In this document: in pieces, positions 32,776 through 41,463 of the stretch
Position numbering within the stretch: position 1 is the first letter of the stretch
Layout of the letters: every line of letters begins with the position of its first letter
NCBI GenBank assembly: GCA_963827685.1
Contig: CAWHBU010000003.1
Location: 1,088,001-1,152,000, forward strand
Origin: an uncultured delta proteobacterium
GTDB lineage: Bacteria; Desulfobacterota; BSN033; UBA1163
Reading direction: 5' to 3'
DNA: 64,000 nucleotides
Translations under genes and position numbers: made by a program
Notes under the pieces: generated by a model
The model's input: only the letters and a program-made list of their open reading frames with translations
Databases searched by the model: none
What the model was told of the DNA's origin: nothing

Positions 32776-33597
32776 CTAATTTGCCCTCTCAATTAAATCC
32801 CTGATAGACCAAAGTTCCTTTGTCACGCCTGCCGCCATTGCTGGGCTTATCCTCAATGTGCTATGAATCCTCACAAAATTGTAATGGGTGAAATGAAGGG
32901 CCACAGCCGCTTTCAGGTTTTCAAGCTTCTTGCTAAAGGCATTGGTTAAACGGGTAAACCGTCGCATTTGCATCCTGACAGTTAGGTTCTGCCTTTCCAC
33001 AAACGAAGTACAAATCTTATTCAAATTCGGATTTCCCGTAATATACTCTTTTAGGACGGAAACGACCCTTGGAGGACTGTATCTACCCGGCCCAATGGGT
33101 TCAGCCTCATAGGACTTTACGATCTGCCCATAATCAATGTCTGCACCAAAGACCGCTTCAACAGCTTCCACATAAGCTTTTAGCTTATCAGAACTTAATT
33201 GAATCCGATTGCTAAGACGGGATGATAAATCAGAAATAAAAGCCTGAGCGGTAGGCAGATCACGTTTTCCAACCCTATAAGTAGGGATTAATTTTGTTTC
33301 TGAATCAAGGGCAATGAAGGTGTAAAAATCGCCCACCTTATCAGGATCGTCATTTAAACCGACGTGGCGCTGTTTCTTTCCCACAAATGACCAGACTTCA
33401 TCAACTTCAATGTCCTTACAGGTTAAATTACGCATGGAGGTATCCATGATCTTTTCACAGGTATTGCCAACAGTAACCATAAGGCGCATGATAGTATCTT
33501 GATGAACTCCTGTCATTCGCTCAATAGAACGAATCGAAGACCCTTCAACTAACCCTCCAATGACCATCTCTTGTTTTTCGGTTTTTAAAATATTCAT
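32776..33597 (-). CDS. IS1-like DDE transposase
   Basis: N-terminal HTH (GSSIRSIERMTGVH); DEVWSFVGKK, SSD, TSFVERQNLTVR, RFTRLTNAFSKK, HYNF. Confidence 0.9.
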   Translation of the reverse strand: MNILKTEKQEMVIGGLVEGSSIRSIERMTGVHQDTIMRLMVTVGNTCEKIMDTSMRNLTCKDIEVDEVWSFVGKKQRHVGLNDDPDKVGDFYTFIALDSETKLIPTYRVGKRDLPTAQAFISDLSSRLSNRIQLSSDKLKAYVEAVEAVFGADIDYGQIVKSYEAEPIGPGRYSPPRVVSVLKEYITGNPNLNKICTSFVERQNLTVRMQMRRFTRLTNAFSKKLENLKAAVALHFTHYNFVRIHSTLRISPAMAAGVTKELWSIRDLIERAN

Positions 33598-33631
33598 TGC
33601 AATCCTCCCAAGAATTTGATATAAACCAACA

Positions 33632-33702
33632 TGGAGCGCAGGGGACTTGAACCCCTAACATCCGGGTGTAAATCCCAGTGTTGGCTGCCCATTCCGCGCC
33701 CC
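33632..33702 (-). ncRNA. tRNA-like RNA, 71 nt, with non-canonical D region
   Basis: Acceptor GGGGCGC/GCGCTCC+A; T-arm AGGGG-TTCAAGT-CCCCT; anticodon-like arm CTGGG-ATTTACA-CCCGG. Confidence 0.7.
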
Positions 33703-33779
33703 ACGAAGTTTTTGGGGAACAGGTTGCATAAAAGCCTATTCCCCTTTTATTTTGTCTTGTTATTTCAATCATGTAAGAT

Positions 33780-33808
33780 ATTATAATAAATTTATTATAA
33801 TATGTCAA
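33780..33808 (-). promoter_or_regulatory. Consensus sigma70 promoter facing the tRNA-like RNA and transposase, overlapped by a 24-bp palindrome
   Basis: Minus strand TTGACA-17 nt-TATAAT; palindrome TATTATAATAAATTTATTATAATA at 33779-33802. Confidence 0.8.
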
Positions 33809-33849
33809 GAAAAAAATGCTTGCAAATATAATTTTTTTATTATATCTTT

Positions 33850-34227
33850 ATGAAGGAATGGACATTCAAGGTATTTATTGACGAAAACGGAGATTGCGAT
33901 TTTCTTATATGGAGAAAAGAGCTCTCCCCGAAAGCGCGTAAAAGAATGGATCAAATAATCGATCACATGGAAATTACAAAAGACTGGACTCAGACGGCTT
34001 ATTTTAGGCCATTAACGGGTTACCCCGGAATATGTGAAATCCGATTTATTGTATCAAACATACAGTATAGACCCTTAGGATGTCGTGGACCAGACCCAGG
34101 AATGTTTACTTTACTGGTTGGGGCAAAAGAACAGGGTGATGAATTTATACCAAAAGGTGCTCTGGATTTAGCTACCAGAAGACGTGCAATGGTTCTTACG
34201 GATAGGAGATATATCGATGACTATTAG
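33850..34227 (+). CDS. RelE/ParE (HigB-like) toxin
   Basis: Size; FRPLTGYPGICEIRF..QYRPLG pattern; located upstream of an HTH gene. Confidence 0.75.
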   Translation: MKEWTFKVFIDENGDCDFLIWRKELSPKARKRMDQIIDHMEITKDWTQTAYFRPLTGYPGICEIRFIVSNIQYRPLGCRGPDPGMFTLLVGAKEQGDEFIPKGALDLATRRRAMVLTDRRYIDDY

Positions 34228-34849
34228 CGATAAACGTAAAAAAAGACTTTTTGAAGAATTGAAGAATAAAGAAGAGAGAGATGCTTATCTGTCATCCAGT
34301 GTTGATGTGGGCGTGGCTTTTCAGATCCGAGCACTACGAGAACAAAGAAACTGGAATCAAACAAAATTAGCCGACGAAGCGAAGATGCAACAAGAGAGAA
34401 TATCAACGCTTGAAAACCCAAGCCACTCTCCTACCTTAGCAACACTTAAAAAATTAGCCAGCGCATTTGATGTTGGGTTGATTGTTAGATTTGCTCCTAT
34501 AAGCGAATTAGTTAAATATGAATTAAATCTACACTCAAAGTCACTGGAAGTTCCAAGTTTTGAAGAAGAGGAATATTTTAAAGAAAAGCCAATATATGAA
34601 TCATCCAAAATTTTCCTGACTGCTAATATACAGGGGACAAGCCACACTCCTACTGTAGAAGCAACACTCTTGAAAGATCATTATTCCAAAGATGCCAGCG
34701 ACCAACCGGGTTCCAAAGATGTTTATTCTCAGTACATGGGGCGACCAAAGGTTGCCCAGATCTCTGATTACTTCCGCAAAAAAAAGCCTGAATCTGAGAA
34801 TGAGGAAAAGAGTTCTATCCAAGATAAGATATCAAATGTTGGAGGATAG
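34217..34849 (+). CDS. Xre/HigA-like HTH antitoxin with long C-terminal extension
   Basis: QIRALREQRNWNQTKLA..QERISTLE..PTLATLKKLASAFD; AGGAG RBS before MTISDK. Confidence 0.82.
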   Translation: MTISDKRKKRLFEELKNKEERDAYLSSSVDVGVAFQIRALREQRNWNQTKLADEAKMQQERISTLENPSHSPTLATLKKLASAFDVGLIVRFAPISELVKYELNLHSKSLEVPSFEEEEYFKEKPIYESSKIFLTANIQGTSHTPTVEATLLKDHYSKDASDQPGSKDVYSQYMGRPKVAQISDYFRKKKPESENEEKSSIQDKISNVGG

Positions 34850-34851
34850 CC

Positions 34852-35508
34852 ATGAAGTTATTATCCGTTAATCTTGCAAGAACTATTTTATTGGGTCCTA
34901 TGTCAGATATAAACCCACGGGGGGCAAGTCTTAATTCTATTTTATTCCCATTTTTGGTGAATACATACAAGTTTAAGAAAGTACCTTCTTTAACAGAAAT
35001 TCCCGATTTGTCGAAGGGGGTAAAGTTTGAACTCGGAGATTTTGATATTGGGGGTGATTATCCAATTGTTGTGAATCTCACCTTTTATAACGATGGTGTA
35101 ATTGCAGATAGCGGTTCATCTACTAATCATACCGATGCCTTTTTGGAAGACATGTATGCTAAGTTTTCCGAACTTTTCAAAATGCCTCCGCCTGAATCCA
35201 TAATAAGAAAAAGAGTCTACTTGAGCCAACTCTATGTATCTACGGATAGATCTTTAGAAATAATTAATCCAAAAATAAAACTGATCTCACAATATTTGTC
35301 TGAAACTGTTGAGGAAGGAAACGAACTTTTCGAGCTTGGCGGAATATCTTTTTGGCCCGATCAAATAAGTAAGGTTCCTCCTGCTCCATTTAGGTTTGAA
35401 AGGAAAATTGGTGCGCCTTTTTCCGAAAATAGATACTATTCGGTGGCTCCGCTTTCAACAGATAAACATCTTGAATTGCTTGATAAATTGGAGAGCATCC
35501 TATCTTAA
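34852..35508 (+). CDS. Hypothetical protein, third gene of the TA operon
   Basis: 218 aa; starts 2 nt after the HTH stop; GGAGG RBS. Confidence 0.75.
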   Translation: MKLLSVNLARTILLGPMSDINPRGASLNSILFPFLVNTYKFKKVPSLTEIPDLSKGVKFELGDFDIGGDYPIVVNLTFYNDGVIADSGSSTNHTDAFLEDMYAKFSELFKMPPPESIIRKRVYLSQLYVSTDRSLEIINPKIKLISQYLSETVEEGNELFELGGISFWPDQISKVPPAPFRFERKIGAPFSENRYYSVAPLSTDKHLELLDKLESILS

Positions 35509-35540
35509 AACAAAATAAAAGCAAAACCGCAGAAACCTCC

Positions 35541-35822
35541 ATTAAAGCACTAACAAAGGCTATTCTCGATCTCCACGGCTGTAAGGCAACGTGGATTAAA
35601 TCTACCCCAGTTAAAGAAGTATTTGAGGGCGAAACCGTTTGGGAAGGGGTTGTTCAGGTATTCGAGATTGACCACCCCAAATCTAAGCTTTGTTATGCGT
35701 GGTCTTATGGGTTGGATAAATCAAAGAAGAGGCGATTCTTTACGGTGCTGCATCAAGGGGTTGTTGATTCACCAGAAAAAGCGGTAAGGGCAGCGATTAT
35801 GAAAGAAGTAAAGTCGTCTTGA
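35541..35822 (+). pseudogene. About 93-codon protein-like frame lacking an ATG/GTG/TTG start
   Basis: IKALTKAILDLHGCKATWIKSTPVKEVFEGETVWEGVVQVFEIDHPKSKLCYAWS...DSPEKAVRAAI; frame open from 35487. Confidence 0.55.
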
Positions 35823-36487
35823 CAGTCCGTATAAGGCTTGATAGAATAAGACACTCTAATTAGCTTAGAATGATTCTTAATAGGTGAAGAAATCCGATGG
35901 CGGTCGGATTTCTTCTATTTTCATGATTTGGGATACTTCTAAATCATATCATAGGAGTATGCCCAAATGCAAGCCCTTTTTTATAATGAACAAAAAATAA
36001 GAGCAGGTAATTGTATGACTTTTGCACGAGTCCCATGTGAAACAAAAGGTAAAATTGATAAAGCTGGTAAGATTCTTGTGGAAGGAAATGGAAATTATGA
36101 TGAAGAATCTTTCGCTAAGGCAATAGATTTGGTTAATAGTTGGAGAGCTTGTCATGCTTATCCAATAAATACCTTTCAAGCTACACTTAGGGTAAAGCTG
36201 AAAAGTGGATTATATGGACGTAACCCAATAGCTGCACAAAGATTAAAACGAATGCCAACCATCATTGATAAGCTTCGACAATACCCTGCTATGCAACTAA
36301 CAACCATGCAGGATATCGGTGGGCTTAGGGCTATTCTTGATACGGTCAAGAATGTTTATAAATTGGCACAAGATTATCGAGATAATAAGGGACTCTTGCA
36401 TGAATTAGTTCAGGAGAAGGATTATATTGAGAACGCACGAGATGAAGATGGATATAGAAGTTTACACATGATTTATAAATACAAGAA

Positions 36488-37815
36488 CAGTGCTGTCCGG
36501 TTAAGAATTGAATAAAGACAATTGGTTACAGAAATCGGGTTTTTTAATATCATCAAAAAAACCTGAAAGCACCTGATAAATGGGGTTTTTCTCGAATAAA
36601 GTGATGCTCAAGATTTGCAGGATTTCGTTGAGACTTCGGTCGAGTTTCAATTCTTTCTTGATAATAGCGGGGAGAACATAAATACTTATTGCAATCCAGA
36701 TTTGGGTTTTCACTGCATTCTCGGAGGTTCCATAAAAGGATTTGATTCGAAGGTGCTGTTTGATCCACTTGAAGAAGAGTTCCACCTGCCAGCGGCATTT
36801 GTACAGTTGGGTAATGGTCAGAGGGTTGAGCATAAAATTGTTTGTCAGGAATACGAATCGTTTGGACGTTACGATATCGAAATAGCTGATCCGGCGAAGG
36901 GGATCGGGATATTCCTGGGAGGTCTTTGGGCCATTGAGAAGAATCGTTTGATCGCTTCGGAGTCCCGTGGTTTTGTCGACGAGGCGGTAGCTTCGACGAG
37001 TGCAATCGAGATTTCTCTTGGCGCGAATGATAAAGAAGGCTGAATGGAGGGCGAACACATACAGGCGGGCAAAATCGATATAGCCGCGATCCATAATGTA
37101 AAAAGAGCCAGGCTCTAAGATCAATTGGTCGAGGAGATTGACGTCGTGAACATTGCCTTCGGTAACGCGGATAAAGCAGGGGATACTGCCATGGAGGTCC
37201 ATCAGCGTATGGAGTTTGATGGCGCCTTTGCGTTTGCGAAAATGGGCCCAAGGAAAAAGCGAGAGACAGAGATCGATCGTCGTCGAATCGAAGGCATAGG
37301 CGGCTTGATCCAAGAGCACGCCGAAATCTTCTTTGGCATACAGGTACCTTGCTCTTCGGATCAGCACTTGAGCAAAATCGGCGTAGATCCGCCAGTCTCT
37401 GTTTTCGTTGGCTTCGGCCAGGGTGCTTCGAGCGACTTTGCTCCGAATCCCTACATGGTAGAGTTTGGACTGCAAGGCGCGCAAGCACGTTTCGGTCTCG
37501 CGAAGACTTTCTCGGTAAGTAAGCTGGGCGAAGGCCATGCAGAGAAATTGATCGAAACAGGAAAATCTTCGGACTCGGTAATTGCCTTGGTATCTTCGCA
37601 CACACTTGTTGAATTCGTGTTTGGGCAGAAAGTTTATGAGTTGTGAAAAGATCATTCGTCCACAGTGCATTGACCATTCCTTTCCACTCTGAGATGGAAG
37701 TATTATGGCCAATAAAAGCAGACGATCTGAAATCGAAAACGGTCATTGTTATGTTTATCCTATTAACATTGTTTAACATTGTCAGTTTTTAAAAATCCTT
37801 AACCGGACAGTACTG
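36488..37815 (-). mobile_element. IS4-family insertion sequence, 1328 bp
   Basis: TIRs CAGTGCTGTCCGGTTAAG / CTTAACCGGACAGTACTG; 9-bp TSD ATACAAGAA (36479-36487 and 37816-37824). Confidence 0.94.
36501..37670 (-). CDS. IS4-family transposase
   Basis: DSTTIDL, MDRGY, YKCRWQVELFFKWIKQ (YREK motif). Confidence 0.95.
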   Translation of the reverse strand: MHCGRMIFSQLINFLPKHEFNKCVRRYQGNYRVRRFSCFDQFLCMAFAQLTYRESLRETETCLRALQSKLYHVGIRSKVARSTLAEANENRDWRIYADFAQVLIRRARYLYAKEDFGVLLDQAAYAFDSTTIDLCLSLFPWAHFRKRKGAIKLHTLMDLHGSIPCFIRVTEGNVHDVNLLDQLILEPGSFYIMDRGYIDFARLYVFALHSAFFIIRAKRNLDCTRRSYRLVDKTTGLRSDQTILLNGPKTSQEYPDPLRRISYFDIVTSKRFVFLTNNFMLNPLTITQLYKCRWQVELFFKWIKQHLRIKSFYGTSENAVKTQIWIAISIYVLPAIIKKELKLDRSLNEILQILSITLFEKNPIYQVLSGFFDDIKKPDFCNQLSLFNS

Positions 37816-38545
37816 ATACAAGAATAAGAAAGTACCCCAATATAATGGTCTACGATTAGAGCTTCAGATTCGTACAAAAAAACAACATGCATGGGCTACC
37901 GCAGTGGAAACAATGGGGACCTTCTTAGGGCAAGCATTGAAGTCTCGGCAAGGGGATCGAGAATGGATCAATTTCTTTGCGGTTACTTCAGCGGCTTTTG
38001 CACATCTGGAAAGAAGTCCCTTAATAGCTCGTTATAGCCACTTATCTCGTAAAGAAACTTTTTCAGCAGTTGCAGAAGCAGAGGCAAACTTAGGTGCATT
38101 TGAGAAGATGGGTGCGTTTTCTGCTGCCGCTGATCAAATAGTAAAGCATAAACATGAAAAAAAGTGGTTTTATCATCTGATTGAGTTAAACTCCTTAGAG
38201 AAAACAGTTAACGTCACACCATACGACCGTGATAGTTTTGAACAAGCCTTGAAGGATTACGCAGAGCTTGAAGCAGAAGCGGCTAAAGGCAAGAAGATCG
38301 AGCCAGTTTTGGTTTCGGCTGGCCCGATAGATAAACTTCAGCAGGCATATCCTAACTTCTTTCTTGATATCACTGAATTTATAAGTATTGTTAATGGAAT
38401 TGTTGCAGAAGGCAGAAACAAATAAAAGACTACAATTTCTTCAATCTCCCCGTATCACCAAGCTGACTTATTGCTTCCGAAATCAAATTAGGACAGCACC
38501 CGATTTGGTAATCAAACGAGATCTGCCCAGCACAGGAGAATATAG

Positions 38546-40156
38546 ATGATCGACAGAAGAAAGCGGTATGTCAGACCGCAATTGGCATTGGAAAATATCG
38601 TCACCTTGAAGGGCAAGCGGCTGGCGTTCGACAGCGTCGCCGAGATGCTGACGGTTCGTGCCCGGGAAATCCAGGATGCTGTCCACGTCCTTTTCTGCGA
38701 CGAGGTCGTTACCTACGCCCAGACCAACGAACGTGCCAACAAGGTTGCCCATTACCTCAAGGAGAAAGGCGTCGTTAAGGGAGACATCGTATCGGTTATG
38801 GTTCTGAACTCTCCCGAAATCTACTATACCATGTTTGGAGCACAAAAGCTGGGAGCCATCGCCGGCGCCATCAACTACATGTTGAAGGGCCCCGAAATTG
38901 CCTATGTCCTGGAAGACTCCAAACCGAAGGTGGCATTCGTGGGCAGCGAATACATGGAGGAGTTTGCCAGAGGTTGGAAGCTATCGTCCCACAAGCCAAT
39001 CGTCGTGGAGGTTGTAACGGGAATAGATCACGGGGCTAACATCGCCACGGGGAAACTGAAGGAGATCATCGACAAATATCCGACCGCCGAATGTCTGGTG
39101 CCGCAGGCGCCGGAGGATCCTTTCCTTCTCCTGTATTCCTCGGGCACGACAGGGATGCCCAAAGGCATCCTCCTTTCCAACAAGAACCAATTAACCATAT
39201 GCAAGGACAGGGCTTCCATGGGCGTGAATAAACCCGGAGACGTAATGATGATCATCCTCCCCATGTTCCACACGAATCCCCTGTGCGTGCAGACGTACCC
39301 GCTCAGCTACCAGGGTCTTACGCTTTGCATCCGAAAAACCTTCTCTCCGGCCGACTTCTGGCCATCCATCATTCGGTACGGGGTCACCATCGTCCAGGGC
39401 GTTCCCGCCATGTATGCCTACATCTATAACGCCGTGGACCCCAAGGCCATCGAGTATGACAAGCTGAAGCTGAGGTTTGCCTTTTCCGGCGCCGCCCCCA
39501 TGCCACCGGAGTTGATCGACGCTTTCAAAGAAAAATTCAATGTCCAGGTGATTGACGGGTATGGCCTTACCGAGGCCTGCGGGGTCACGACATCGAGCTT
39601 GGGCATGCCGGAGAACCGGGCATCGATCGGCATTGCTTACCCAAGTTTGCAGGTCGAGATCATGGACGATGACAATCATATCATGCCTTATGGCGAGCGG
39701 GGAGAGATCTGCATCAAGGGTGATGCCGTGATGATTGGCTACCTGAACAAACCGGAGGCCACCGTTGAGGCCATTAAGGATGGCTGGCTCCACACCGGTG
39801 ATATCGGTTACATGAATGAAAACGGATGTGTCTTCATTTCCGGTCGCAAAAAAGAGATGATTAACCGTGGCGGAGAAAACATTTATCCCCGGGAAATCGA
39901 GATTCCCCTGGAAAATCATCCGAAGATTGCGGAAGTTGCTGTCATCGGGGCGCCGGACCCGGCGCTGGGTGAACGTGTGCGGGCATGTATCATCCTGAAA
40001 GACGCCTGCACCATGAGCGAAGATGAAGTCAAGGAATATCTGCAAGACAAGCTCGCCAAATACAAGCTCCCCGAGTTCGTGGAATTCATGAAGATTTTCC
40101 CTCGCAACCCGACCGGCAAAATTCTGAAGCACGAATTAAGGAAGATGTTCGGATAG
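38546..40156 (+). CDS. Long-chain acyl-CoA synthetase (ANL superfamily)
   Basis: YSSGTTGMPKG, GYGLTE, TGDIG, GRKKEMINRGGEN, GKILK. Confidence 0.93.
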   Translation: MIDRRKRYVRPQLALENIVTLKGKRLAFDSVAEMLTVRAREIQDAVHVLFCDEVVTYAQTNERANKVAHYLKEKGVVKGDIVSVMVLNSPEIYYTMFGAQKLGAIAGAINYMLKGPEIAYVLEDSKPKVAFVGSEYMEEFARGWKLSSHKPIVVEVVTGIDHGANIATGKLKEIIDKYPTAECLVPQAPEDPFLLLYSSGTTGMPKGILLSNKNQLTICKDRASMGVNKPGDVMMIILPMFHTNPLCVQTYPLSYQGLTLCIRKTFSPADFWPSIIRYGVTIVQGVPAMYAYIYNAVDPKAIEYDKLKLRFAFSGAAPMPPELIDAFKEKFNVQVIDGYGLTEACGVTTSSLGMPENRASIGIAYPSLQVEIMDDDNHIMPYGERGEICIKGDAVMIGYLNKPEATVEAIKDGWLHTGDIGYMNENGCVFISGRKKEMINRGGENIYPREIEIPLENHPKIAEVAVIGAPDPALGERVRACIILKDACTMSEDEVKEYLQDKLAKYKLPEFVEFMKIFPRNPTGKILKHELRKMFG

Positions 40157-40219
40157 ACATAACAAGATCGTATTATAGGGGGGACGTAAAGCAGGATATC
40201 AGCTAGGTTTGGTTGCCTA

Positions 40220-41110
40220 TTATAGTAATAGGTGAAACGGATCAGACCTTTCCCCCCTTCCCGAAAGATAATTTAAAGGCAGAGGCCTGCGGACGACCTT
40301 CCGCTTGTCCGGGATGGGGAGGGAAAAATCGAAAACAATTTTAAAGAAGGTTCGAATGATTTCAAAAGTGGCTCCCCAGAGGATTTCTTCTTCTCCATCC
40401 TCCTTGTGAATGAAACATGGAAACTCCCAGGGGTTGGGAATTCCCTGAGCGATAAGGTTCCCAGGCACCTCCATGGAACAAACCGCATAGCTCGTCGGGT
40501 GGAAAAATTTTTCTAAGGGAATGGAAATGACTTTTTCCACCTCCCAACTGAGCTTAGGTATCCAGCCATGTTTCACCCTACCGACCATAGGGAAAATAAC
40601 CCATGACCGGTGATGAAGACGATAGGTTGGCAAAGGACCCAGGAATTCTACATTGAACGGACTCAGGCGCAATTCCTCCCAGCTCTCCCGTAGCGCATTA
40701 CCTAATAAAAAAAGAATTTTCCCATAGATTGCTTTTCCCCGACGTTTGGCCTGCGCGAAACCTAGCCCGCGGAACCCGGGCAAGAGTCCGAACCGAAGGA
40801 GTTTTCCCGACAGAGAATCTAATAACGGATGAATTCCACCGCCTGGAGCACAGAGATCGCCGGGCTGCTGGACATTCTTGGATCGTTTATTGAGGAGAAG
40901 GACGTAATGGCCAGAAGTATTCCCTTCCGGGTCTCGGCCTTCACGGAAATAGAGCGGCAGGAGAATCCCTCCCCCCGCCCAGGTCCTCTGATTTTTCCTA
41001 TGCTTGTCGATGAATTCGAACTGGCCTAGGTAGTCCACAGGCTCCCGTGACAGGGCCTCGATCACATGAGACCGAAATCGCTCTCGATCATTGAGAAGAG
41101 AAAGGTCCAT
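40220..41110 (-). CDS. NUDIX hydrolase, CoA pyrophosphatase-like
   Basis: KRSKNVQQPGDLCAPGG, ALRESWEEL, ILWGAT; start at MDLSLL. Confidence 0.8.
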   Translation of the reverse strand: MDLSLLNDRERFRSHVIEALSREPVDYLGQFEFIDKHRKNQRTWAGGGILLPLYFREGRDPEGNTSGHYVLLLNKRSKNVQQPGDLCAPGGGIHPLLDSLSGKLLRFGLLPGFRGLGFAQAKRRGKAIYGKILFLLGNALRESWEELRLSPFNVEFLGPLPTYRLHHRSWVIFPMVGRVKHGWIPKLSWEVEKVISIPLEKFFHPTSYAVCSMEVPGNLIAQGIPNPWEFPCFIHKEDGEEEILWGATFEIIRTFFKIVFDFSLPIPDKRKVVRRPLPLNYLSGRGERSDPFHLLL

Positions 41111-41463
41111 GAAAAAAAAGGATATTGGAAAGAGGGGGGGAAAGTCAACCGATGGATTAAAGTCTTCGTAATGCCTCACTCTCCCGTGCAAAATTGACGA
41201 CATCCGGCAAGGATGCCGTAGAAAATATTATGGCGGCAACCTCAGCTTGTAGGCCAGCTAAAAGAATTCCAGGACAGTATGGAGAACCGATTATGCTCCT
41301 GAATGTTACCCCATCAAACGTCCGCCTTATAAGATTTTCGGAGGCATTCTTGCCGGATTGTGGGATCTCACCCACGCTTCAGTGAGGCATTACAAGTCTT
41401 CTATTGCCATTGGAACAATTCACGAGTTATATTAATCGTGCGAAAAGGAAGGAGTAATCTTTC

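Larger units (their letters stand above)
35967..38425 (+). pseudogene. RelA/SpoT-domain (CapRel-like) protein interrupted by IS4
   Basis: Removing IS4 and one TSD copy restores a 373-aa ORF: RLKRMPTIIDKL, MQDIGGLR, DYI..GYRSLH, ELQIRTKKQHAWATAVE, C-terminal AYPNF. Confidence 0.88.
32767..38500. mobile_element. Cargo-carrying IS1-like transposon, 5734 bp including a nested IS4
   Basis: Perfect 17-bp TIRs GGTGCTGTCCTAATTTG (32767-32783) and CAAATTAGGACAGCACC (38484-38500); 8-bp TSD CGATTTGG (32759-32766 and 38501-38508); transposase stop codon inside the TIR. Confidence 0.93.

Noticed and set aside
36488-36505. GTGCTGTCC shared between the IS4 TIR and the outer transposon TIR
   Set aside because: Only 9 bp; the elements have different transposase families and separate TSDs, so coincidence is likely.
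36553-37779. 408-aa alternative-frame ORF overlapping the IS4 transposase
   Set aside because: R/S/P-rich with no recognisable motifs; most likely a frame shadow, though unusually long.
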